Virus record (IMG/VR): IMGVR_UViG_3300042351_000704
Span: 32,001 to 96,000 of that record
Direction: 5' to 3' (one strand)
Length of the DNA stretch: 64,000 bases
Origin: a virus
The notes under the pieces were generated by a model. The model was not told the origin of the DNA. It worked only from the letters and a program-made list of their open reading frames with translations, and searched no databases. The position numbers and the translations under genes were made by a program. Shown piece after piece: positions 40,401 to 47,807 of this stretch (positions within the stretch are counted from its first letter, which is position 1; the number at the start of each line of letters is the position of its first letter).

Positions 40401-40779
40401 TATCTCTGCTAAGATGGATAAGGCAGACAACACGATCGCTTTCCCGCTGACTACAGATGGCAAGACTGCACTTACAGATGAGAACTTTGAAGAGAATGCC
40501 AAGAAGATTAATGACGCTATTACAGCCATAGAAACTCAGTTTGAAAATGGCAACGAGGTAGCGTTTCCAGAAGCAGGTATTACCATGGTAAATGGCAAAG
40601 ATCTGCTGGAAAATGCACCACGTACCAAGAGTTATATGGCTACTGAATTATACAAAAGATTAAACTACCTCACTCCAGGTATGCAGTATGACGCTAATGT
40701 GCGTACTGAACTGCAGAAGAACCAGGAAATCACCGATGAACAGGTGGAGGAGTTTATGAGAAAATGCTTTGGAGAATAA
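31441..40779 (+). CDS. Virion-encapsidated single-chain RNA polymerase (phi14:2 gp66-like) with zincin domain
   Basis: Catalytic GSDFDIDK (DFDID at 37867-37881) preceded by RIPVQG. HEAWH (33505-33519) with EEFMAE downstream. 3112 aa. Confidence 0.92.
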   Translation: MACRLSEDQISALFGAVHGDVIASKNRDDKFNALQAIRDLYKKLVDAGAEPVNALDYIQHMPSMLLLSYAMFEDSKAHMRKSQVNLSELDQMDADFTADIQNVAKFIMPAQAGAELVKEIIEETNPSTGVQPTEVYTQVEDLDIQKKKEFYQSETSFVAAPETALAVFNQEAKNYDGATAEQNIPDPDPIKRAYYAVVRKLNNLMSQYNRETADNLTLGNVTGIYYRLVPASKVEFEDLQQSDKDYYSKDDNPNAPFAKTSQQKMEARTTGDETYLVFTDKEGNILRFNEEGVPVDKASGGMVAYGKLRRPYTPARTNEAKGQVAGQRMVGRVQTVNDLVRKGLGTMEELTKEREQEMDILQKSREYVVNNPDEVLLFSVIPGKNGYIKEDFSAPNPISSIELTDGFKPFVSNQDAGTLIKGGVYFTVPGYEFPLLIRRPKFQNIPNLVDNLADMLFGSEASNNDKIKTVKQFTFSNDTNVYEVEGKLMFKQNGKELEVTPENKEAFINTLNGQTININKDLVGTTINMPVNMDGKVTLQPERYNNFLSDNFFTFLAKNDDGKIVSLNAYNVIAPTEQTQTKLFGEVATPETTAKESALEQATPSDNSIADFKSLLESTDFSLKKSMMLDSTATQEQIDAAEKWYNSSPYSKVVPFSVMFNVVNSNALAEFTVSGITLYSGSNFTDLYHEAWHAFSQMFLTKDQKKALYNEARKLTGSFKTVSGQTVKYSAASDMQLEEFMAEDVRKYILSDRQNVINGRPVRNTLFRKIFTFLKQLFSGYSLKDIAADRTAVKGIQELYDKFYVGNVNDYTPSIRNVQFGILNKGVEALDTATDQSLNYQDSMTMVETIDSLMASIISDAGKSVGSIFTRPELMGPLYKTIKSKLQDIKNNTPAEQANVNRILDFALANWGDFSKVANGEEATGMIAFHKKRSSYFTFEDRMAEMDGFDQKENEQAADQKDADNPLAKTEQELREDYGANVFERKGNELSVRELASNEIVYLIKSLPQLDKQGKPVLNALGVPKLVDFNRTWGIVINTVAGSNTTNQMYGKLLDAATRFPELKTLVARLGNPMDYKETKHWPYMKMWINFFRDFSVYRVPVKEGRLINSDGKFRFEFSEVNPQFRQVEKTFGAQFQSQTNNPYVTKSAAGNQLNTVKVMQDFPYSQIFGKDYTIINQDKAMDFLKAIGLYMTDNGAIREQIEKNYSAVSYLHKAVKDMAAKKTMPSNPVEALRKVEATSIRRLLTIEAADSGKYSNNAVLNVNGDVIFDLSLNNSITKLLNDLNDASKDYSMMQLPHLQHLDYRRNPFAKYSIWLNSMFSIPSGKMVDQKNINQRIKTDTNYASGMVTLDIVNLDGIKSVQERIAGGQSVEAGIKTTNLDPVSKFILDLHTMLSQGVMELPRHASKSTAYGVSVSKINSPFNTDKTRHLYISPGHFADKTRGLTYTVDLMLPKIAAEMERIAMVNQGVGANIPGFNQRGKEFMMFDDILSDATKTELKGMVSADDSLSPISTPEIKQKITADIQSYLNKLVTENTNLFNEMPFISDELLHSSRDGKSDIASYIRKDLGIAVGDDQQAMLRDVAIKAFTVNALIHNMETISVLYGDLAMYNHDKEEFHKRNAAIGSTGRIFASDEAVNQFIDNLGGAYARKIGANQRSFDGVLRSVVFKDNNVSSVYYNEYLEALTGKYGAEKAASILKPYKKMTEGDAQGWITFDSYRKLSLLEGAWSEKQNELYNKVVAGEQIDPSEISEFFPTKKFQYAGPVKTDKLHVQAFHKFSLVPLVPSLVKGTNMETLHDNLTKQGVDYALFESGSKMATLTANGTPDSLYENDDYTNRNIKPWNEGDATYTPNDVFIQYLKDQVDIQSTWKNKTIFSTQLRKLIINDTFKQGMALAGFEGLVKDFEGLLDTLQENKKKELLKEVGWTENASGELSGSVKNLMEFVIREMERLELPEHDIDYVREGVQNGTFTDLSFSLNAEMIEKMLNNIVVKRLVKQKMNGEQLVQVSGAGFERPGFVKATEEDAVKYGTNDLPTYRPGKGKDGKTSAMKVKISMKGDYYKLLNLKHNDGEKIGTRERLNEMIKDDQWLDKSDHRKMITMVGVRIPVQGLNSMEFMEVYEFLPEEAGSIIIPPAEIVAKSGSDFDIDKLTIFQPNIKTAKDGVPSFISANNTKGTENKIIEKIREILEHPDNFDALIRPNDTDLVKGVADELAGENIQGYDPLAVKTGEKRSGKGKQVISPTRVLEPRYNLYKHESNNVGKKTLGIGAVDNAYSSIFKRVGARLEKSYTHYKREDGQINFEKEPQIRPINIRMDHNTMTESGKEYISLSDINTVTMDKVSDLIGQLMNGWVDIEKDAWIFNINGNNVAGPVLLFLLETGVDFKTAAYFVSQPLVVDYIKEIYKVESPFYNAANPSSPVDSEKGLRKFNVKKDFYIKYQMGALTKKGNLNNELLYGAIEDYNKNRTYDVASLQKVIKSKDRDSDDAIAGLLHFIELEELTKQLTNIKLTVNVDTAPSKSLFAATERLDKIEGLEYVDAVPKSTINNILTDSPISSFLVQKFQLAILKPLMKLRGDVEVNAFLLRKIQARNYTRAFATAEKFVAAFHNDLPLYMMQNYLKSVDLKNLKEYKGLAIEQAVPVKGVTLRQGAFVRDGVMYVDMAQIEDDFENNHYTGPVYKSQGLATLDPGTFSMGTKFQNLQEYAHFVIEREYLRSVTPVGNASREVYEQKIANRSLERTFNFYHMLKAPGVSIADQFLDIKTKYGKELTDQYMIFSELGYVNEGAKVDEEGNVSQGNNKKLRTLKLNSARLDTDLINVLHENLVRLADPMTVKVDNPAQNAEISKFFNRMIIAEYLRAGITKSGDNLAKILPKETLLKLMAEPLQELSNKQNKTELLDQYYDQFISLWDSKNSSTRLKYRNYLKRSDMEGTSPATVRTLEDVVEGEGLNVNAQDLMVYPALPGGASATKMLANNNNIMFVYPNFKDTMGISAKMDKADNTIAFPLTTDGKTALTDENFEENAKKINDAITAIETQFENGNEVAFPEAGITMVNGKDLLENAPRTKSYMATELYKRLNYLTPGMQYDANVRTELQKNQEITDEQVEEFMRKCFGE

Positions 40780-40795
40780 ATAAAGAACATACCCT

Positions 40796-43700
40796 ATGTT
40801 AACATGCCCTAACAAAAGCTCGGCAGAGTGGAAACTATTAGTCAATGAAGTGGGAGAAAGAGAAGCTTTCAGAGCCTATCTCGCTAAAGGAGATGGATCG
40901 ATTCCTACTGTCCCTATGATGGAAATACCTACCGAGCAGGAACAAAAGACCCAGATAGGTCAGAACATTGCGCGTGCTATGGCAGATACTATAGCGCAGA
41001 ACATGGGTATTCCCTATAGCCTGGTAACACCTGTACAGGCAGCTGATTTAACCAAAGACTCTACCAATCCGTGGAAAGGAGAAAAAGCATTCTTCTTTAA
41101 CGGCAAGGTGTATTTTACAGAAGGTGGTTTTACTACAGAAAATGTGCTGCATGAATATGCTCACCCGATGGTTGCAGCGGTGGCTATCCAAAACCCTACG
41201 TTGTTTAATAACTTATACAAGCAATTAGAATCTACACCAGAAGGTGCTAGCATTATACAAGAAGTAAAAGATTTATACCCGGAGGCGGAAACTACACCTG
41301 GTAAGATACAGGAAGAAGCGCTGGTAAGAGCCTTAAGTGCACAGGCACAAAATAAGATCAATGGTGTAAAGAGCTCTACAGGCTTTACTGATTTTTTAAA
41401 TAAGCTGGTGTTTGCATTTAAGCAACTGTTACGTAAAGTGTTTGGTACAACCGTAAAGGTGGAGAAGCTTTCTACAGATACAACACTGAGCGAGCTGGCA
41501 GAAATGCTTAGAGGAGATAAGTTTGATATTCCTACAGATATTATTTCAGAGCAGGACTATGTAGATTACCTGCGTGACATCAGCAACTTTACCAAAGAAC
41601 TAAACAATGTGGAGTTTAGTGGCATTTCTTCTTCTGTAAGACGTTTCTATGATGTAGTAACTAACCATATCAGGCGTATACAGGAAAACAAGAACTACAC
41701 AGAAGCCCGTAAGTTCCTGGTAGATGAAACAGGACGCGGTCAGTTACAGGAATTAAAAGCTACACTCTCTAACTCAGAGATCGATCAGCGTTTGGCTGAG
41801 ATCTTTGACCAGGTAACCCTGGATGCTAAAACTACACAAAGCTTTGTACACTCTATTCTGCGTTTACAAAAGCTGACTGATAGTATATTCAATCATACCA
41901 AAGAGCTGGCTAAGCAAGGCTCCTCTAAAGAGGTGATCGGTAATATATTTTATTACGACATGTTGGTGCGTAACTGGAACAAGTACATCAGTGAGACTGT
42001 GGATCACCTGAGTGACAAAGGTCTTAACCCGAACTCGGAGTTTGGTCGTGTGCTTTCCGGTATTCAAAACACTATCGCTCAAACAGACCGTACGATCTCT
42101 AAGATTTATGCAGACAATGTCAATGATGTGATATATGAATCACTGGAGCCGCTTGCAAAAGACATAGACCGTTACTTTAGTGAATACATTACACAACTGG
42201 AAGCCAAGAATGCAGATCCTAAAAAGATTGCTGAAGTGAAAGACCAGTATGAAAAAATGAAAATTACCAAGGATAAGCTCAAAGACATGATCAGTGGTAA
42301 GCTAGGTGATACTAACCAGTACTCTGCTTTACTTGAAGCTTACACCAACTCTCCCGATCCGGTGATTGGTGGTTTTGCTATGTTTATTAAGAATGCGTAC
42401 AATGATGTAGACACACAGGCTCAGCGTAACATGAATGACTTTGCCCGTGACCTGGAGCCGTTACTAATGGCAGCAGGATACAGCCGTACTAATTATAGTA
42501 AGCTGATGTCAAAGCTTGTCACTACAGAGAAAGTACCTTATATAGATGAGAAAGGAAACTTTGCTACCCGTGAAGTGTTTGCCTTTAAAGATAAGTTTAA
42601 TGACTTCACTTCAGAGAGTGCCGAGTTAAAGCATAAGCTTGACCTGGCAATTGATAATGGAGACACTGCACTGGCAGATCAACTGCTTCGTGATATGCGT
42701 AAGTTGCGCAGGGACTACTTCCACCAGGAATATGTACCGGCTTACTACGAGCGTGAGAAGATCTATGACTCTGAAATCGGTCGTGAAACGTTTAGGCGTA
42801 AGCAAACAATCTTAAACAAAGTGGCTGAACTGGATGCACAGAGTTATGATGATGATTCCCTGGATGAGATTGCAGAAGAGAAAAAACTTTTATGGAGAGA
42901 GTATGCTCAGCTTGCTAGTCTCACTGACCTGAATGGTAATCAAAAGCAGGGTCGTGAACTGGAGATAGCCAAGACAGAAAAAGAATATAGAAAAGCCAGC
43001 CGTGAGTTTTTTGAATGGGTGCCTATTAAGGGTTTATTTGAATCTAACCTCAGACGTTTTGAACAAGGACTGGTAGATAATAATATTGATCCTGCTTCTG
43101 ATGAATACAAAGAGAAGCGTGATAAGTGGATCAAGAATAACACCGTGATTGCTTATACACAAGAGTTCTTTGAAGAGCGTAACCAGGTGCTGGAAGACCT
43201 GAAAGAACTAATGAGCGGACTGAGCGATCAGATCCGTAGTGCTGTGGATTCTTCTGAAGAAATGGAAGCAATGCTGGATATTGCTACAGGATTTCGTGAC
43301 CAGGATGGTCAGGTGATTGGTACCGATATATCAGAAACTAGTAAAGAAAAAGTAAGAAAGCTGCAGAAAGCTACTATTGATAAGCGTAACTCAATGGCAG
43401 GCTTTAGTGGTCTGACCAGGGAAGAGATGGATGAACTCAGCGGTTATTTCCAAAAGATTGTAGCCAGGGAAAAACTTACAGCCGAAGAGCGTAACCGTAT
43501 GGATGAGTTGATGGAGCGTAAAAGTAACCTAGGTGTAGATAAATTTACCAAAACAGAAATGCAGGCATTGTATGCCAAGCTGGGTGGTTTACAAAGTAAG
43601 GAAGCAACAGACTACTATGTAGATATTGTAAACAACTACATGGAAAAGATTGGTCAGCCGTTAATAGATAATGAATCAGCTGGTAATCTTTTACAGCCAG

Positions 43701-46081
43701 AACTATATGTCAAGCTGTTTAGTGAAAGTCCGGAGTTTGAGCAGTGGTTTAAAGAAAACCATATTGCCAAAGAAGTATATGATAGCGCTAAGGGTACAAC
43801 AAAAATGACGTATGAGCGTCTGTTTATCTGGAACCGTACGCGTCCTAATAACGAAGATCATTATGAAAAGATCACACTCTCTGATGGAGAAGTGGTGATG
43901 GGTAAACCAAACAATTCTTACTTCTACCGTTCTGTAAAAAAAGAACACCGTACCGAGCGTAAGGTGGGGGTTACTGTAGACAACCGTGGTAACTGGTTAC
44001 CAAAAACACTTGAAGAAGGAGCGGTAGATGATAAATATTACAACCAGGATTATGAAAAGCTACGCAGGGAAGACCCGGCTGCTTTTGCTGTACTGGAGAA
44101 GATGAAAGAATACCACCTGAAGTTCCAGGAAGGGTTTGCTAAAGAGAGTAAACTGTACATGCAGATACCTCGTTACCGTAAACCTTCTTTAGAAACACTA
44201 AAGAGTGGTGGAGTGACAAGTAAATGGGAAGAGTGGTCTACGCGTGTCAAGCAATTCTTTACTAAAGCACCCGATGATGTACAGGATGGATTAAACTTCA
44301 AGCCTGAGCAGCTGATATATGCTGACATGTTTGATGAAGAGATCAACAAGGTTCCTATAACAGGACTTTATGCGCTGGACCAAAGTCAGGTGAGTATGAA
44401 CATTGCTGACAGTATGTTGCGTTATATGCACTCTGGTCTGAAGCAGCGTAAACTAATTGAGCTAAATCCGATGGCACAAGCTTTAAAGAAAGCAGTGAGC
44501 AGCCCGGACAGTGCGATTAAGGACATGACCAAGATTAACAAGTGGCAGTATCAGAACACAGGTATAAAGAGTCATCTTACCAAAAAAGGTATGAGCGTAA
44601 GAGCAAAAGCTATCAATAATTTATACGAGCGTGAATTTGAGGGCAAGGCCCTAGCAGGTATGTTCAGTGACTCTCCTGGAATTCAGAAGTTCATTAGCGG
44701 TCTTTTAAAAATGTCAAGCAGTGCTATGTTCGCGTTGAACATTTTACCGAGTGCTGTTAAGAACCGCCAGTCTGCTATTGTGCAGTTACAGAATGAAGCA
44801 ACTGCAGGCAGATATATAAACTGGAATTCATACCTGCGTGGTAAAGGTCGTGCTGTATCTATGATGGCGGCTTACTCGTTCCAGTTATATAAGACAGGTA
44901 ACCGCAGCATGGATGTACAACTTTTGCAGGTATTTGATCCTACACAGGATATATTAAAGTCAACCTTTGGTGATGCACACGCCAGCGATATGGGTGGCCA
45001 GTTTGGTCGCTCGGTAGCTGCAGATGCGGCAAGCCTTGGGTTTTTAATGTCTACTCGTAAGTTCTTAGAAGTAGAATCAGTAGTGGAACTCTTTAGTGGT
45101 ATGATGCATCACGTAAAAGTGGAGCAAACTATTAACGATGAGACTAACGAGATCCGTTATATTGATGCGTTTGAAGTAGTCAATGGCCAGCTGGAACTCA
45201 AAGCTGGTATTGATAAAGAGTGGGCACCAGGTGGTGCAAAATTCAACGAGTTTAAAAATCGTGTACATGAACTGGGCAACCGTCTGTATGGTACCTATGC
45301 ACGTATGGATCAGCCGGAAGCGCAGCGTTACGTTGCATTCAAAGTGGCCTCTTTCTTGAAGCGTTTCTTTACCTCTATGTTAATGAACCGTCTGGGCGCT
45401 ACCCGTGGTAGTGCAGCTTTAGGTGGTGTAAGCACTGGTTATTACAGATCGGTATTACAAGTAGCTAAAGGCTTTGCTAAGTACGGGGTGAAGAACTACT
45501 ACTGGATGAGTGATGAACAACGTTCGAATCTGCTAAAGTTCACTTCTGACATGGCTCACCAGATGGCGCTGTTGTTTATACTGACTGCTGTGTTTGGATA
45601 CAACGACAGTGATCCGGACCGTTTTGAAAAAATGAGACAGCGTAGTGGAGCACTAAATGAAGAAGACTTTAACCTGCAAGGTTGGTTATTCAACCATGGA
45701 CTGGTGGCAACACTGGGTACACTAACGGAAACAGAAACCTTTGGTAGCTGGAGTCCGGTGACTATGGGTGCTGATGGTGATCTAGATGTTGCAATCCTGG
45801 GACGTAACTGGAAAACACTAAAGAATACAGCCGGCCAGATGCTTGATCCTAGAACACTGTATGCTACAACGATTAAAAGACAACTGGAACTCTTAGGTCA
45901 CGTGAGTCAGTTTATTGATGATGATCCTGCAGGCTTTTACAAGAAAGATGCTGGTCCTTACTGGTTCCAGAAAGAAGGATCTCCTAAGTTCTTAAATGAT
46001 GCGGGTGGTATTTTAGGCTTCACCGGATCGCAAGTGGATCCAGTGAAGGCACTAAAAGGTATGGAATTGGGCCGTAGATAA
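40796..46081 (+). CDS. Large ejection protein (1761 aa) with N-terminal zincin domain
   Basis: MLTCPN...EWKLLV..VGE.EA start. HEYAH (41150-41164) with EEALV downstream. Third giant gene, after the vRNAP. Confidence 0.8.
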   Translation: MLTCPNKSSAEWKLLVNEVGEREAFRAYLAKGDGSIPTVPMMEIPTEQEQKTQIGQNIARAMADTIAQNMGIPYSLVTPVQAADLTKDSTNPWKGEKAFFFNGKVYFTEGGFTTENVLHEYAHPMVAAVAIQNPTLFNNLYKQLESTPEGASIIQEVKDLYPEAETTPGKIQEEALVRALSAQAQNKINGVKSSTGFTDFLNKLVFAFKQLLRKVFGTTVKVEKLSTDTTLSELAEMLRGDKFDIPTDIISEQDYVDYLRDISNFTKELNNVEFSGISSSVRRFYDVVTNHIRRIQENKNYTEARKFLVDETGRGQLQELKATLSNSEIDQRLAEIFDQVTLDAKTTQSFVHSILRLQKLTDSIFNHTKELAKQGSSKEVIGNIFYYDMLVRNWNKYISETVDHLSDKGLNPNSEFGRVLSGIQNTIAQTDRTISKIYADNVNDVIYESLEPLAKDIDRYFSEYITQLEAKNADPKKIAEVKDQYEKMKITKDKLKDMISGKLGDTNQYSALLEAYTNSPDPVIGGFAMFIKNAYNDVDTQAQRNMNDFARDLEPLLMAAGYSRTNYSKLMSKLVTTEKVPYIDEKGNFATREVFAFKDKFNDFTSESAELKHKLDLAIDNGDTALADQLLRDMRKLRRDYFHQEYVPAYYEREKIYDSEIGRETFRRKQTILNKVAELDAQSYDDDSLDEIAEEKKLLWREYAQLASLTDLNGNQKQGRELEIAKTEKEYRKASREFFEWVPIKGLFESNLRRFEQGLVDNNIDPASDEYKEKRDKWIKNNTVIAYTQEFFEERNQVLEDLKELMSGLSDQIRSAVDSSEEMEAMLDIATGFRDQDGQVIGTDISETSKEKVRKLQKATIDKRNSMAGFSGLTREEMDELSGYFQKIVAREKLTAEERNRMDELMERKSNLGVDKFTKTEMQALYAKLGGLQSKEATDYYVDIVNNYMEKIGQPLIDNESAGNLLQPELYVKLFSESPEFEQWFKENHIAKEVYDSAKGTTKMTYERLFIWNRTRPNNEDHYEKITLSDGEVVMGKPNNSYFYRSVKKEHRTERKVGVTVDNRGNWLPKTLEEGAVDDKYYNQDYEKLRREDPAAFAVLEKMKEYHLKFQEGFAKESKLYMQIPRYRKPSLETLKSGGVTSKWEEWSTRVKQFFTKAPDDVQDGLNFKPEQLIYADMFDEEINKVPITGLYALDQSQVSMNIADSMLRYMHSGLKQRKLIELNPMAQALKKAVSSPDSAIKDMTKINKWQYQNTGIKSHLTKKGMSVRAKAINNLYEREFEGKALAGMFSDSPGIQKFISGLLKMSSSAMFALNILPSAVKNRQSAIVQLQNEATAGRYINWNSYLRGKGRAVSMMAAYSFQLYKTGNRSMDVQLLQVFDPTQDILKSTFGDAHASDMGGQFGRSVAADAASLGFLMSTRKFLEVESVVELFSGMMHHVKVEQTINDETNEIRYIDAFEVVNGQLELKAGIDKEWAPGGAKFNEFKNRVHELGNRLYGTYARMDQPEAQRYVAFKVASFLKRFFTSMLMNRLGATRGSAALGGVSTGYYRSVLQVAKGFAKYGVKNYYWMSDEQRSNLLKFTSDMAHQMALLFILTAVFGYNDSDPDRFEKMRQRSGALNEEDFNLQGWLFNHGLVATLGTLTETETFGSWSPVTMGADGDLDVAILGRNWKTLKNTAGQMLDPRTLYATTIKRQLELLGHVSQFIDDDPAGFYKKDAGPYWFQKEGSPKFLNDAGGILGFTGSQVDPVKALKGMELGRR

Positions 46082-46288
46082 TTATGGTTTACTGATATGG
46101 GTTAAGTCCAGGGTGATGAATATCAATCCCAGGCGTAACCTGGTAAAAGGTAACCATGTGTTTTTCTTTACTTCTACTTCTCCAGTGTCTACCATGACAC
46201 CAAACAATACTTCTGATTTACTAATCAGGGTTAACTTGAATTCAAACATAGAGGGATTATTTATCAGTGGTGAAGGGATGTTTGCCAA
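46082..46288 (-). CDS. Small hypothetical protein (start may be the later Met, MFEFK)
   Basis: Last gene of the minus-strand operon. Its stop abuts the stop of ORF 40796. Confidence 0.5.
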   Translation of the reverse strand: MANIPSPLINNPSMFEFKLTLISKSEVLFGVMVDTGEVEVKKNTWLPFTRLRLGLIFITLDLTHISKP

Positions 46289-46724
46289 TATAGCAATCTT
46301 CGTCCCAGCCCATGTGTTTTTTAAAACCGTTTATAAAACTGTGAATGTTAGCTGCACCCACTGGGTTATGGCTATGCACTGAAACTCTTTTCAACACCAG
46401 ATTGTTTTTCTGGATATGATCTACTAAGAACCGGGCCGAGTCGAGTCCGGTTTTTTCTTTATAAGACTCGTAGTCCGGGATCTGATACCCCTTCTGTGCA
46501 AGCTGGTTGAAGTAATCATCTACGTGTTCTTTTCCCAGGTCGTGATCAAACGAGATGAGATCCGGGATAGAGTTTTGCGTAATGTAATCAACGAACTCCT
46601 GATGGTTACGTACAACCACCCAAGGATCGTATCCCGGAATAGTGTCCGTAGGTGTACGTACATCGTCAAGGTAAAGCGCTGTTTTCATGGTTTTTGTTTT
46701 AGTTGAGAGATCTCGTTCATACAA
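46257..46724 (-). CDS. Cyclic-phosphate-processing receiver-like domain protein (likely start 46688)
   Basis: LYLDDVRTP...ISFDHDLG...TG.D...VHSHNPVG motif set. Confidence 0.75.
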   Translation of the reverse strand: MYERDLSTKTKTMKTALYLDDVRTPTDTIPGYDPWVVVRNHQEFVDYITQNSIPDLISFDHDLGKEHVDDYFNQLAQKGYQIPDYESYKEKTGLDSARFLVDHIQKNNLVLKRVSVHSHNPVGAANIHSFINGFKKHMGWDEDCYIGKHPFTTDK

Positions 46725-47095
46725 GCAGACAGTTCTGTTTGCATAAAAGAAATCTTGTTAACAAGACTGGCAATCAGCTGCTCTTGTTGTTCTCTATGTT
46801 CTAAAAGTTTATAAAACACTTCAATATTAGCCATCATAGATACAGTGCTGCCATGCTTTCCTGTAATGGGCTGACCTCCTATATAAACAGTTGTTTCTGT
46901 AGTTACACCACCAATAAGCTGGTTATAAATATTTATTTTTTGAAGTCCGTTTACTAGAGAATAATCTGTAACATGATGAGGTACCAGTACGCTACGTACT
47001 TCCAGGTTATCTGAAAGCCATGCAGTCATTTCATCATGCAGGAAGAACCGGGGCTTCTGATCCGCTGTCCGGTCTTTGAGTATTTCTGTTATCAT
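46685..47095 (-). CDS. Hypothetical protein (136 aa)
   Basis: Coupled ORF in the operon. Confidence 0.6.
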   Translation of the reverse strand: MITEILKDRTADQKPRFFLHDEMTAWLSDNLEVRSVLVPHHVTDYSLVNGLQKINIYNQLIGGVTTETTVYIGGQPITGKHGSTVSMMANIEVFYKLLEHREQQEQLIASLVNKISFMQTELSACMNEISQLKQKP

Positions 47096-47303
47096 AGGTT
47101 GGATTTAAAATAGTGTTACCGTGTGTAGCACGCGGTTCATAGGGACAGTGTCTGCAGCCATTGCCACAGCAGCTGCCCCTGTTAATATGAAACTCCGGTG
47201 TGAAGATCACCCGGTCACCGTCTATATAATAGTCTTTGTTAAGCTCAATTGGTTTCATCTGAAGGAATTTCTGCCCCAAGCCAGATCTGGATGAGACGTT
47301 CAC
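47034..47303 (-). CDS. DUF5522-like Cys-rich small protein (likely start 47258)
   Basis: YYIDG..VIFT..FH..RGSCCGNGCRHCPY. Confidence 0.7.
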   Translation of the reverse strand: MNVSSRSGLGQKFLQMKPIELNKDYYIDGDRVIFTPEFHINRGSCCGNGCRHCPYEPRATHGNTILNPTYDNRNTQRPDSGSEAPVLPA

Positions 47304-47706
47304 ACTTTTGTTTCCATGAGTTGCTTTCTACCTGAATCATAGGTACTGAACAATCGTTGGTTTTGGCGTGAGAAAACTCTTCAGGGTTGTCATCAAGATG
47401 CCAGGTAAACTTTGTTCCTTTTAGGTAAGTCCACTTCCAGTCCATACACGTAAAACGTACATGGTGCTTAGGTATACCTAGCTTTTCTGCCACACCCCAT
47501 ACATTGAAGTTGGGGTCTCCGTCATGACGGTCATAGATTTCTGCCCACTCTGCATCAGGAAACTTGTGGATCCACTTATGCATGTGGTTTGCATCGTAAC
47601 GTGTGGTGACGATCCACACTTCTATACCTCGTTTGATGAGTTCTTTAGCGTACTCCTGGACATGTTCGTGTTCCAGGGTGCCGTCAAAATCGAATGATAC
47701 TTTCAT
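47245..47706 (-). CDS. HAD-superfamily phosphatase-like protein
   Basis: VSFDFDGTL (motif I), IVTTR (motif II), HLDDN (motif IV). Confidence 0.75.
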   Translation of the reverse strand: MKVSFDFDGTLEHEHVQEYAKELIKRGIEVWIVTTRYDANHMHKWIHKFPDAEWAEIYDRHDGDPNFNVWGVAEKLGIPKHHVRFTCMDWKWTYLKGTKFTWHLDDNPEEFSHAKTNDCSVPMIQVESNSWKQKCERLIQIWLGAEIPSDETN

Positions 47707-47807
47707 AGGTTATCGGATATAAGATTAAGCAACCACCTCCATAAGCAGTAAGTGATTGTAAAGATGAGTGTCCAGGTCAGGATAAAGGACCAGTTATACT
47801 TTTTCAT
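47703..47807 (-). CDS. Small membrane peptide (34 aa), absent from the ORF track
   Basis: MKKYNWSFILTWTLIFTITYCLWRWLLNLISDNL*. ATGA overlap with the HAD gene start, and it overlaps the upstream stop. Confidence 0.55.
   Translation of the reverse strand: MKKYNWSFILTWTLIFTITYCLWRWLLNLISDNL

Noticed and set aside
320-45268. Many short antisense or alternate-frame ORFs in the ORF track (also the + strand ones within 46113-63302)
   Set aside because: They lie inside longer, motif-bearing genes and have no recognisable features, so they are treated as shadow ORFs.
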